A DNA stretch of 62,864 nt, taken from assembly GCA_050295575.1 (NCBI GenBank), contig JBNKPX010000005.1, forward strand, positions 1 to 62,864. Reading direction: 5' to 3'. Positions 1-8,514 of this stretch are shown piece by piece. Positions within the stretch are counted from its first letter, which is position 1; every line of letters begins with the position of its first letter. This stretch comes from Gammaproteobacteria bacterium. GTDB lineage: Bacteria > Pseudomonadota > Gammaproteobacteria > GCA-001735895. The position numbers and the translations under genes were made by a program. Below the pieces are notes generated by a model. That model was not told the DNA's origin, did no database searches, and saw only the letters and a program-made list of their open reading frames with translations.

Positions 1-1
1 C

Positions 2-955
2 TACTGCATCCATAATGCGGCCACCGGCCGTGAAGAAACCATGCCGCATGAAATCCCTAAGGCAAGCGAGCGTAAAAAAGTCGTCATCGTCGGCGCTGGA
101 CCTGGCGGTCTGGAAGCTGCTCGAGTCGCGGGTGAACGTGGCCACGATGTACTGGTTTTCGAAGCAGCAAAAGACCCAGGGGGGCAGGTGCGCCTGACTT
201 CACAGAACGAACGCCGCAAGGAGATGATCTCCATCATCGATTGGCGCATGGCACAGTGTGAGAAACTTGGTGTGCGTTTCGAGTTTTATACCTTTGCTGA
301 AATGGATACCGTATTAGCTGAAAATCCCAATGTCGTTGTTATTGCCACCGGAGGACTACCGCATACCGAGGTACTGGCTAAAGGCAATGAGCATGTCATT
401 TCTACCTGGGATATAATTTCCGGTGATGAAAAGCCGGGCAAAAATGTACTGATTTTTGATGACGCCGGTGACCATGCTGGTTTGCAGGCAGCAGAAGTCA
501 TTGCAAATAATGGTGGCAGAGTGGAAATTATGTCACCGGACCGCTCATTTGCGCCGGAAGTTATGGGTATGAACCTGGTTCCTTATATGCGCTCGTTACA
601 AAAGCTGGATACCATCTTCACCGTGACCTATCGTCTACATGCTGTTGAAAAGCAGGGCGCGGATTTAATCGCCCACATTGGCAGTGATTATGGTGGTGTC
701 GAGCAGCAACGCGTATACGATCAAATCATTGTCAACCACGGTGTGATTCCGCTTGATGAGCTGTATTTCGAATTGAAACCCCAATCGTCAAACCATGGCG
801 AGATATCACATGATCAACTGCTTGAAGGCCAGGCTCAGTCAGTCGTGCGTAATCCACAGGGCAGCTTTCAATTGTTCCGTATCGGTGATGCCGTTGCCAC
901 GCGCAATACCCATGCAGCGATTTACGATGCATTGCGCCTGATGAAGGATATCTAA
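2..955 (+). CDS. FAD/NAD(P)-binding C-terminal part of an NADH:flavin oxidoreductase / 2,4-dienoyl-CoA reductase-type enzyme (5' end outside window)
   Basis: Frame is open from the window edge (YCIHNAATGREETMPHE...), so the Met at 41 is internal. KKVVIVGAGPGGLEAARVAGERGHDVLVFE is a Rossmann dinucleotide-binding fold, as in the C-terminal half of dienoyl-CoA reductase / trimethylamine dehydrogenase / N-methylproline demethylase-type proteins. Stop at 953-955. Confidence 0.8.
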   Translation, partial: YCIHNAATGREETMPHEIPKASERKKVVIVGAGPGGLEAARVAGERGHDVLVFEAAKDPGGQVRLTSQNERRKEMISIIDWRMAQCEKLGVRFEFYTFAEMDTVLAENPNVVVIATGGLPHTEVLAKGNEHVISTWDIISGDEKPGKNVLIFDDAGDHAGLQAAEVIANNGGRVEIMSPDRSFAPEVMGMNLVPYMRSLQKLDTIFTVTYRLHAVEKQGADLIAHIGSDYGGVEQQRVYDQIIVNHGVIPLDELYFELKPQSSNHGEISHDQLLEGQAQSVVRNPQGSFQLFRIGDAVATRNTHAAIYDALRLMKDI

Positions 956-1260
956 GCCAGTGGGGGGCTCTATTTGCCCCCTGACGATTAGGGAAAATTT
1001 CAAATTCTCTAGAACAGCTTTCGATATCCTGACCTGATAGATCGAATGTTCCGCTAATTTTCTGGCATTAGATTCAGTAATATTGATTGTTATAGAAGAT
1101 CTGGGGCAGAGAATTAGATGTCTTAAAAAGATCTCAAAAACATGACAAAAGAGCGAAAAAAATCAGGCAGTGGAAACCACTCGTTTACCTTTAGAGTTTT
1201 GCTACAACCTCGTTAGGAACAATATTGCATTTTCCAATACTTTTGGATTAACGTCTTATG

Positions 1261-1294
1261 GGGCTGACTGCCACTCCTAACCGGCAGTCAGCCC
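1261..1294 (-). terminator. Perfect 12-bp stem hairpin just downstream of the DJ-1/PfpI gene
   Basis: GGGCTGACTGCC-actcctaacc-GGCAGTCAGCCC lies 10 nt after the minus-strand stop at 1304. No clear U-tract follows, so terminator function is tentative. Confidence 0.4.
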
Positions 1295-1303
1295 GATAGA
1301 GGA

Positions 1304-2002
1304 TCAGTTCGACACTGCGGCAGTGAGAGCTATGCGCAGTGCCGCTCCTACAGCGCTAGCTGACTGTGGGTTCTGACCGGTAATCAGGCGGCCATCAACT
1401 ACTACCTGTTCGGTCCAACTTTGCGCTGGCTGGTAGTGGGCGCCGCGTTGCTCTAGCGTGCTGGCTAGCAAGAAAGGCACTGTATTTTCAAGCTTGACTG
1501 CTCGTTCTTCATCATTGGTAAAGGCAGCGACACGCTTGCCATCAACTAGATAGCGCCCATCACTCAATTTGATATTTACCAAAGCCGAGGGACCGTGGCA
1601 AACGGCACCAACCACCCCATCGGCTTCATAGATGTCGCGGGTGACCTGTTGCACGGCAGGGCTATCAGGAAAGTCCCACATGGTGCCGTGACCACCGGCA
1701 AAGAAGATGCCACTGTATCGGCTTGCATCGATGTCGTCCAGGCGCTGGGTTTGCTGTATCGCGGCTCGGAATTTATCGTCATTCCAGTAGCGGGCATTGA
1801 GCTGATCATCCATATCAAGCCCGTCCACTGGTGGTTCGCCACCTGCAATCGAGGCAAATTCCACGGCGATGCCGGCTTTCTCCAGTTCTGCCAGCGGGTG
1901 AGTCACTTCAGAAAGGTAATAGCCGGTTGGTTCGCCGCCGGAAGCACCCTTGGTGGCGTGACTGGTCAAGACAAAAAGAATGGTTTTCTCTGTTGTGTTC
2001 AT
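1304..2002 (-). CDS. DJ-1/PfpI family (type 1 glutamine amidotransferase-like) protein
   Basis: Nucleophile elbow GAVCHGPSAL and overall ThiJ/PfpI/Hsp31-like pattern (ILFVLTSH..., FFAGGHG). I prefer the ATG at 2002 (MNTTEKTILF...) preceded by GAGGAA over the ORF-track start at 2044. Confidence 0.85.
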   Translation of the reverse strand: MNTTEKTILFVLTSHATKGASGGEPTGYYLSEVTHPLAELEKAGIAVEFASIAGGEPPVDGLDMDDQLNARYWNDDKFRAAIQQTQRLDDIDASRYSGIFFAGGHGTMWDFPDSPAVQQVTRDIYEADGVVGAVCHGPSALVNIKLSDGRYLVDGKRVAAFTNDEERAVKLENTVPFLLASTLEQRGAHYQPAQSWTEQVVVDGRLITGQNPQSASAVGAALRIALTAAVSN

Positions 2003-2013
2003 GATTTGTTCCT

Positions 2014-2037
2014 CACTGTTGTAAAAGAAGTACAGTG
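2014..2037. promoter_or_regulatory. Candidate LysR-type operator dyad in the divergent promoter region
   Basis: CACTGT-N12-ACAGTG perfect inverted repeat between the divergent DJ-1/PfpI (start 2002) and LysR (start 2102) genes. Spacing is one nt off the classic T-N11-A box. Confidence 0.3.
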
Positions 2038-2101
2038 TATTCATGCCTCCTTTGGTGATAAACTACCGATACTAATAAGCATTTGTTCTTAGGAGGATAA
2101 A

Positions 2102-3013
2102 GTGGCGCGTCAATTCGATCACTTACCTGACGTAGAGGCTTTTCTCGTGGTCATGGAGCAAGGCTCGTTTAGCGCGGCGGCGGTGACGCTGTCGACGACA
2201 GCTTCGGTGTTGAGTCGGGCAGTCACGCGGTTGGAAACTCGTTTGGGTTGCCAACTGGTACGTCGCACTACACGCCGCTTGCGATTGACCGACGCAGGTC
2301 AGGAATACCTGGAGCAGACTCGCATAGCTTTTGACCTGATTAATGATGCCGAACGCGATATTCAGGGTCAGGAAGGCACGTTGGTTGGTAGGGTTCGGCT
2401 GAGCGTACCAACTACCTATGGCCATTACCGACTGCCTCGACTGTTGCGGTCATTTTGCGAGGCACACCCGGATGTACAGGTGGAATTAAACATCGCTAAT
2501 CGCAACGTCGACCTGAATGCGGAAGGCTTTGATCTGGCCATTCGTCTTGGTCCACTCCCGGATAGCGGACTGGTAGGCCGCAAGCTGGAAGACGCTCCCC
2601 TGTGCCTGGTGGCTTCGCCAGATTACCTGAAACGTGTCGGTTCCCCAGTAAACCGCCACGAGCTAAACAATCATCAATGCCTGCCCTTTTTAATGCCCAG
2701 CACCGGCCGGGTCACACCCTGGCTACTGCGTGATGGTGGCGAAGAGGTGGATTGGCAGCCGCAGAGTCGGATTCAAGTAACTGATGATGTACTTGGCGTC
2801 GTTTCGTTGGCCGAACAGGGTTTGGGCATCTGCCAGACATTTGAGTTTATTGCCCAGAAATATATAGAGAGAGGTTCACTGGTGGAAGTGCTGCCGGAGT
2901 TACGTGGACGCTCTCGATCATTTTCACTCTTATATATGCCGCATCGACGACGCTCAGCCGTGTCCAGGGCCTTGAGTGATAGTTTGGTTGCAGCGGCTGA
3001 GATGCCGGAGTAA
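2102..3013 (+). CDS. LysR family transcriptional regulator
   Basis: N-terminal wHTH (FLVVMEQGSFSAAAVTLSTTASVLSRAVTRLETRLGCQLVRRTTRRLRLTDAG) plus a LysR substrate-binding region. GTG start preceded by AGGAGGA. Divergent from the DJ-1/PfpI gene. Confidence 0.9.
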   Translation: MARQFDHLPDVEAFLVVMEQGSFSAAAVTLSTTASVLSRAVTRLETRLGCQLVRRTTRRLRLTDAGQEYLEQTRIAFDLINDAERDIQGQEGTLVGRVRLSVPTTYGHYRLPRLLRSFCEAHPDVQVELNIANRNVDLNAEGFDLAIRLGPLPDSGLVGRKLEDAPLCLVASPDYLKRVGSPVNRHELNNHQCLPFLMPSTGRVTPWLLRDGGEEVDWQPQSRIQVTDDVLGVVSLAEQGLGICQTFEFIAQKYIERGSLVEVLPELRGRSRSFSLLYMPHRRRSAVSRALSDSLVAAAEMPE

Positions 3014-3270
3014 TTCCGATTGATCAGAAAATCCAACAATCATATCACCTTCGCTTCCGGCAGTTGTCGGATGCACTGGGTGGTGAGGTCAGGTCTTTTG
3101 CCTCACGAAGTAATTTGGGACAGTTTGAACCTCTCCCTGTTTAACGGAATTAGTGCACACTAATGAAAAAAGACAAGGCCTTCTTTTCGGCTGCAACAAG
3201 TTGAGAGCTGCTCCCGACTTTTTGGAAGGTATTAATTATCGTGACATCAATGTTTAATTAGAGATCTATC

Positions 3271-3903
3271 ATGATTAAAGTAAAGATTTTATTAGTCATA
3301 CTGTTATCCGTTTTCAGTTTCAATACGATTGCAGATGAATATTCAGATTTTTGGGACTGGTTTCAGTCCAATGAATCTAAGTACTATAAATTTGACTTTG
3401 GAGACTTGGAAAAAAGAGATGAATTGTTTGACCAACTGAGCTCACAACTTTTAAAAATTGATGAAAATCTTACATTTGAGTTTGGTCTATTGCCGGACGA
3501 GAGAATGGATTTCGTTATAAGTGCTGGAGGTATAAAAAGTTCTTTTCCCTCAGTAATAGCCCTGGTAGAAAAAGCGCCTGTGCTTGAAAAATGGAAATTT
3601 ACAGCATTTCGTCAAAAAAATGAATCTACAACTGAGATACAATTGGGTGGTATGTCACTGAGTGCTGAAAAAGTATTAGCTCAATTATTTAGAGATGGGG
3701 ATAAGATTGGTCTGGTCCTCTTTATGCCAGGTTATCAGAAGACCGGAAATCAAATATTTGAGCAAGTAGGTTTTTTACTTTTAGACCAGACTTTAGGGGA
3801 GTATGTGGTAGGTGCCAGAGTAGGTTTCGTTGAGTTTCAAAGGTTAGAGGGGGAGGTAGAAAATTCTTTTAAGTTATCTGATATTTCTCCTTTCTTTGAG
3901 TGA
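3271..3903 (+). CDS. Hypothetical secreted protein (signal peptide), no recognisable family
   Basis: MIKVKILLVILLSVFSFNTIA-DE looks like a Sec signal peptide. The ORF is visibly more AT-rich than its neighbours and is followed directly by repeat elements. Confidence 0.55.
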   Translation: MIKVKILLVILLSVFSFNTIADEYSDFWDWFQSNESKYYKFDFGDLEKRDELFDQLSSQLLKIDENLTFEFGLLPDERMDFVISAGGIKSSFPSVIALVEKAPVLEKWKFTAFRQKNESTTEIQLGGMSLSAEKVLAQLFRDGDKIGLVLFMPGYQKTGNQIFEQVGFLLLDQTLGEYVVGARVGFVEFQRLEGEVENSFKLSDISPFFE

Positions 3904-3968
3904 ATGCAGATTTCAAACTATTAAACATCAAGACTGCCACTACAATAGGAATAACTGGGTCCAGATAT

Positions 3969-4266
3969 TAATGGTACTTACTTAAGGCTGTTACGCTGTT
4001 CATTGCGAGGACGCCTATATGGATGTAGTGCTAGGGCGAAGCACGACTCCATGGAGGGAGGAGGTAGAGCGAAGCAGGATGCTAGAGCCGAGCTTGCGAC
4101 GTAGCAGGAGTGCTACAGGATGTAGCGTATACGGAAGCAAGGGATCTAATCCCTTCGTCAGTGGGGTTTCTGCAAAGTTAGAGATTCCATCCTTAGGTCC
4201 GTAAACGGTACATCCTTGTGCCACTCCTGCCGCGCTGACATTTTACCCTTAAGTAAGTGCCATTCT
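3969..4266. mobile_element. MITE-like non-coding insertion (~300 bp) with terminal inverted repeats and a flanking 10-bp direct repeat
   Basis: AATGGTACTTACTTAAGG (3970-3987) versus CCTTAAGTAAGTGCCATT (4247-4264) match 17/18 as inverted repeats. GTCCAGATAT occurs at 3959-3968 and 4267-4276, immediately outside them. The interior is related to the element at 48386-48541. Confidence 0.5.
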
Positions 4267-4430
4267 GTCCAGATATAAGGAAGCTCTGAATATTTCATCC
4301 ATGAATTATCCGAGCACGAAAAACGAAAAGTGTGATTTTCGTTTTTCTCATAAAGTCCATGGCTTGTTGCCATCGATTTTGGTGGCACATCCCTGTGCCG
4401 CAGGAACCTCTGAATATATTAGAGGTTCCA
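4265..4430. repeat. ~155-bp hairpin-rich intergenic element, copy 1 (second copy at 27235-27392)
   Basis: Aligns by eye with 27235-27392 (TAAGGAAGCTCTGAATA..., GAAAAACGAAAA-loop-TTTTCGTTTTTC hairpin, GCACATCCCTGTGCCGCAGGAACCTCTGAA). Ends in a 9-bp stem GGAACCTCT-gaatatatt-AGAGGTTCC. Confidence 0.6.
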
Positions 4431-4563
4431 TAAATTTAACCTAAGCACTTTCTGCCCCTCTATAATTTTGAAAACTCAGATCAGAGAGCAATACTTTCTT
4501 ATATTATCGAAAATTATTCTCTGCCCGGATTTTTCTGTTTTTTTGACAAACCTGAAGCACAGT

Positions 4564-4869
4564 TTACGTTTCTGCCTGTTCCAGTCCGCCCTGGCGAATC
4601 AGCTGCTTTAGACGTTCGGTGTCATATTCGCTGTCGATTTGCTGCAGCCGCTCCTGCACCAGTTGCTCAAGGTCACCGTTTAGATCTTCTACACGTCGCT
4701 GCCAATGTTCAAGATAGGCGTCTGTACCGGCGAGCTTGCTGCGCATTGCGGCCTTGTCGATTGCTTCGCTAAAGCGTTCGGGCAGTATCTTTTTGGCAGT
4801 TTTGCGCCCCTGTTTTGCGATGATCTGGGCCGGTATATCACGCCAGTAAAGCACGGTTAGTTTTGCCAT
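4564..4869 (-). CDS. Small 'virulence factor'-domain family protein (function unknown)
   Basis: MAKLTVLYWRDIPAQIIAKQGRKTAKKILPERF... matches my memory of the small conserved family annotated as virulence factor. It is often found near folate/corrinoid one-carbon genes. Product name is from recollection only. Confidence 0.5.
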   Translation of the reverse strand: MAKLTVLYWRDIPAQIIAKQGRKTAKKILPERFSEAIDKAAMRSKLAGTDAYLEHWQRRVEDLNGDLEQLVQERLQQIDSEYDTERLKQLIRQGGLEQAET

Positions 4870-5047
4870 ATTGTTTCCTCTAGCTGTTTGACCTTGTTTA
4901 GCCCGAATATCTCAGATAATACTATCGGAGTGAGATTATCCGTTTAGATATGCGGGCTGGCAGTGTAGCAGTTGCGGTTAACGCTGCACTATAATTTTAC
5001 GATTCTGAATGATTAATAATAATGCGCAGTGTTGTCTATCCTGATTC

Positions 5048-5764
5048 TCATTGAGCCTCATCTCGGACTGCCGCATTCCGGTTAGCGTGCAGGAAAGCGC
5101 GCAGATGAAATTGACTTTGCGCATCGTGATAACGCCAGGTTTGCCCCTGCGGACATCGATAGCGCGCCATACAACCATGCTGGTGACAGGCGGCATCTAC
5201 ATTGTGTTCGAGGTAACGGATGCAGACGGGAACGTCATAGCCCGACTCGGTCAATGCATTAACCGGACAGGTATGCAGGCAGGGTTTATTGCTACAACTA
5301 TCACAAACAGATGTCGTCTGATGCGCTTTCAGCATGACACTGGTATCCGGTAATAACAGGGCGAACCGATAAGCGTGCCATAGTCCGTATTGCGGGTGCA
5401 TCATCAAACCCAGTGGAGATTGTTCGAGCGCTTCAGCGCTGCGTGCCCAGCGTTGGAATGGCAGGTAGGGCGGTCCATCGAAGGGGAATATTGTCTCCAG
5501 CCCGAAATGCTCGCATACTCCAGTCGCCACCCGGCGGCTCCATCGATCCAGCGGATGTGGCTGCCCGTCATGATACTCGGCCGCTGCAGAAAAATGTCCC
5601 CACATGTCCGCACCGACATTGCCTACGAGCGCAATCCTCGATGCGGTCAATCCGTATTGCTGCCGCTCATCTTGCGTAATTTCTCCAATTCCACGCAGCG
5701 CCAGTCCGCATTGCGACAGGTAGTCGTTTAACGCTTGCAGGTTCACCTGCCGGGAGTCGCTCAT
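5048..5764 (-). CDS. 4Fe-4S ferredoxin-type iron-sulfur protein
   Basis: Cys cluster CDSCSNKPCLHTCP plus a second Cys-rich stretch CIRYLEHNVDAACHQHGCMARYRCP. Confidence 0.6.
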   Translation of the reverse strand: MSDSRQVNLQALNDYLSQCGLALRGIGEITQDERQQYGLTASRIALVGNVGADMWGHFSAAAEYHDGQPHPLDRWSRRVATGVCEHFGLETIFPFDGPPYLPFQRWARSAEALEQSPLGLMMHPQYGLWHAYRFALLLPDTSVMLKAHQTTSVCDSCSNKPCLHTCPVNALTESGYDVPVCIRYLEHNVDAACHQHGCMARYRCPQGQTWRYHDAQSQFHLRAFLHANRNAAVRDEAQ

Positions 5765-5922
5765 AGTTGAATCCGGCTTTGTTTTCGGTCAGCAAGCACA
5801 TGAGTCGCCTGCGCAAGGTCTTCGGATACCGCAATCATTGGGCGAGATTTATTGCACACAGTTTTCTCCTTTCTGGATAACGCTGAACATCGCTCAATCA
5901 GCTCGATAACATAACCGTATCA

Positions 5923-7965
5923 TCACGCGCTGCGCGATGGGGTATCGGATTTCCAGCTACAGGCAGGGCCAATGGCGGTAGCGACGATACGCGATTCGAG
6001 AAACAGCTCTCCATCTCCACTATCCGGGACATGTATATCATGATAGGCGATGGTAATTTCATGGCCATGCGCACCGGCGGCACAAATTTGTTGTGTTGCT
6101 TGCGCACGCACCAGTTCCTCTCCGTGCTGACGGGCTTCTTCCAGGCTGTCAAACAATAGCGGCTTACCGCCGTGGAACAGTTTGAATTCGCCCTGTTGTG
6201 GCTGTGTCACCATGACCTCTGCGCGCTGGATGATACTGCCCATGACAGCACCATAGGCATTGGCAACCTCTGCATGTGATGGTACCCGAAGATCCATCTT
6301 CATACTGCGTGCAACCTCATGGTAATAGGTCGCCGCTGGCGCGCCCACCGCGACAAGCGGGTAGTCACTGGCGAAATCTACCTTGAATAGAGGCTTGTGG
6401 TCATCATGCGTTCCACCGTGCATGATCATGCGCGTCACCGCGTCAATTAAGTGTTCCAGGTTTCCACCACCCTGATTTGGCACTGCCACGTTCATCCCCA
6501 CTGTAACGAGCAACTGGCGGATTCGCGTATGCACCAGTTGGTAAACCATGCGGCTGGCGGACTCGATATCGCCTTCAGCCCATTGACCGAATCCATACAG
6601 ATAACGCATCTGGCGCATCCATATACGCGCGGCAAGCTCGGCCGCCTCGCTGCTCCAATGCGTATTCATGCCTAATACATGTACCGCATCGCTCGGTGTA
6701 AAACCGCTGTAAATGGCCAGGCCCAGGCGTTTCAGCCGTGCCAGCGCGCGGCCGAGGTTGCGGTCGTTGCTCACAGCCTCATCCAGTTCAACAGGGCCGT
6801 CCGCGAGCAGTTCCCAGGCATCACGTTCGACTGAGTCCAGTTGCGCCAACAAAGCCGGATTGTTTTCCAGACGCAGTACGAAGCGGTTGCTGCGCGCATT
6901 GATCATGCCGGTAAGTTGCGCTTGCAGGCGCGGAATCACTTCCGGATACAGCTGACCCAACAGGCTGGTGGGCACCACCCGCCGTGGTCCTATAATCAGG
7001 CCGTCTGGTCCGCCAAAGCTGACTTCGCTATCACCCCCGAGACCGATCGAATTAACCTGCACCGCTTCGACCATCGGCTGCCAGTTGCCGATACGTGCAC
7101 CATCGACGGAGAGCCGTGGCAGGCCGCCGCTGACCACCGCGACATCGGTTGTGGTGCCGCCCATATCGGCAATAATCGCAGTATCTTCTCCACTCAACGC
7201 GCAGGCACCGATGACACTTGCAGCCGGTCCGGAAAGCACCGTCCCAATCGGCTTTTCCAGCGCTTGCGCGAGGCTTGCCAACGAACCATCGCCCTTAACG
7301 ATCATCAGCGGCGCATCGATGCCATATCGCTTCAGGATGGTCTGAACTGATTCGATCAGATCATGTATTGGCGCGACCATTCGAGCATTCAATGCGGCGG
7401 TCAGGGCGCGTCGGGGCGCACCAAGGGTAGATGCGAGTTCATGACCACAAATCACTGGAATATCTTTATCCAGCTCATGGATCAGGGCTTTGACACGTAA
7501 TTCATGGCTGTTGTTACGGGTACCGAACTGTGACGACACGGCAAAGGCCGAAACCTGCTTACGCAGACGCTGTATCGCGTTACGGATCTCGTTATCGTCG
7601 AGTGGCTGCAGTTCACAGCCTACCGCATCGAAGCCTCCTTGCAACGCAACCAGGTATTGTGGCGCAAGTATCTTCAACAACCCGGTTTGCTCGATCTGGC
7701 GTTGATCGTAACCCGGTAGCAGCACAGCAACCGGAGGCCCCAGATCTTCGACGACGGAATTAGTGGTCAAGGTGGTTGACAGTGACACCATACTGACTCG
7801 CGCCAGATAATCGCTGTCAAACTGACTTATGACGTCACCAATTCCGTGAGTCAAATCTAATCGGGTGGTCAGGCACTTTCCTGATGCGACGATATGCCGC
7901 TCATCGTCAACCAGAACCGCGTCGGTGAAGGTACCACCGGTATCGATGCCGAGGCGTAAACTCAT
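5923..7965 (-). CDS. Hydantoinase/oxoprolinase family (ASKHA-fold ATPase) protein
   Basis: N-terminus MSLRLGIDTGGTFTDAVLVDD is the hallmark phosphate-1 motif of hydantoinase A/oxoprolinase N-terminal domains. A second ASKHA motif, IADMGGTTTDVAVV, is present. Confidence 0.85.
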   Translation of the reverse strand: MSLRLGIDTGGTFTDAVLVDDERHIVASGKCLTTRLDLTHGIGDVISQFDSDYLARVSMVSLSTTLTTNSVVEDLGPPVAVLLPGYDQRQIEQTGLLKILAPQYLVALQGGFDAVGCELQPLDDNEIRNAIQRLRKQVSAFAVSSQFGTRNNSHELRVKALIHELDKDIPVICGHELASTLGAPRRALTAALNARMVAPIHDLIESVQTILKRYGIDAPLMIVKGDGSLASLAQALEKPIGTVLSGPAASVIGACALSGEDTAIIADMGGTTTDVAVVSGGLPRLSVDGARIGNWQPMVEAVQVNSIGLGGDSEVSFGGPDGLIIGPRRVVPTSLLGQLYPEVIPRLQAQLTGMINARSNRFVLRLENNPALLAQLDSVERDAWELLADGPVELDEAVSNDRNLGRALARLKRLGLAIYSGFTPSDAVHVLGMNTHWSSEAAELAARIWMRQMRYLYGFGQWAEGDIESASRMVYQLVHTRIRQLLVTVGMNVAVPNQGGGNLEHLIDAVTRMIMHGGTHDDHKPLFKVDFASDYPLVAVGAPAATYYHEVARSMKMDLRVPSHAEVANAYGAVMGSIIQRAEVMVTQPQQGEFKLFHGGKPLLFDSLEEARQHGEELVRAQATQQICAAGAHGHEITIAYHDIHVPDSGDGELFLESRIVATAIGPACSWKSDTPSRSA

Positions 7966-8138
7966 ACTTTATTCCGCAAATTTTTTGCTATTTTAGCGGC
8001 GTTTAACAATCAACATTACGCCAGGGACGACCCAGGAATGAACGTTCGCGACCTGGCCCTGGATACACACCCTGGCAGTAACTGGTATCTGATGCTGCTG
8101 AGTAAATCAGGCCCTGGCGAAACCCTGATTTTTATACC

Positions 8139-8212
8139 AGTTATCGAATGATTTATGGTCTATTCTAAGAGTGATAAAGATCATGTCTAAGGGATATGGA
8201 CTGAAAGAATAA
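8139..8212 (+). repeat. Partial third copy of the conserved leader block found upstream of the receptor gene and the giant kinase gene
   Basis: AGTTATCGAATGATTTATGGTCTATTCTAAGAGTGATAAAG...GGACTGAAAGAATAA aligns with 14481-14545 and 20518-20591. Confidence 0.6.
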
Positions 8213-8514
8213 TGTGGGTTAAGGCTCCGCTTGATCAGACAAAGCAATGATCCTGTGAAATATTGCAACTGATGCGCCGGCCTGTTGTTGCTTGCTTTCG
8301 CTTTGGACTCTCGGCTTCATATAGATAGAGAATATGACTACTGGATACAGGCAATACTGGCAGGAAAAGACCTGGCACGGCATAGGCATCGCTCTTATCG
8401 TGCTCGTGCTTTATGTCAGCAGACTCTTTAGCTACCTTCTGTTCCATAGTCTCATCTGCTGGAGCTGTTGCTGGAAGCCGAAGCCTCGGTGTGTCCTTCA
8501 GGAGAGGAATCATC

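Noticed and set aside
4019-4388. Short ORFs (61-76 aa) across the 4.0-4.4-kb repeat region.
   Set aside because: They overlap inverted repeats and hairpins, and their reading frames are not preserved in the paralogous repeat copies at 27.2 kb and 48.4 kb.
8138-8160. Fur-box-like sequence (GAATGATTTAT) in the leader block upstream of a TonB-dependent receptor unit.
   Set aside because: Only about one half-site (AATGAT) of the 19-bp GATAATGATAATCATTATC consensus matches. That is not enough to call iron regulation.
8148-8171. Possible leader peptide in the shared leader block (MIYGLF* at 8148; MIYGLFYE* at 14489).
   Set aside because: The third copy (20518-20591) has no ATG in that frame (TTA ATT TAT GGT...), so the mini-ORF is not conserved.
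8373-8388. Sigma-54-like TGGCAC-N5-AGGCA upstream of HK1.
   Set aside because: Only the GG-N10-GC core matches and the -12 TTGC element is missing. There is no enhancer-binding protein gene nearby. It could be chance.
8413-8514. ORF-track N-terminal extension of HK1 (MSADSLATFCSIVSSAGAVAG...).
   Set aside because: Low-complexity sequence with no RBS. GTG 8515 has AGGAGAGG upstream and gives a sensible domain start. Still unverified.
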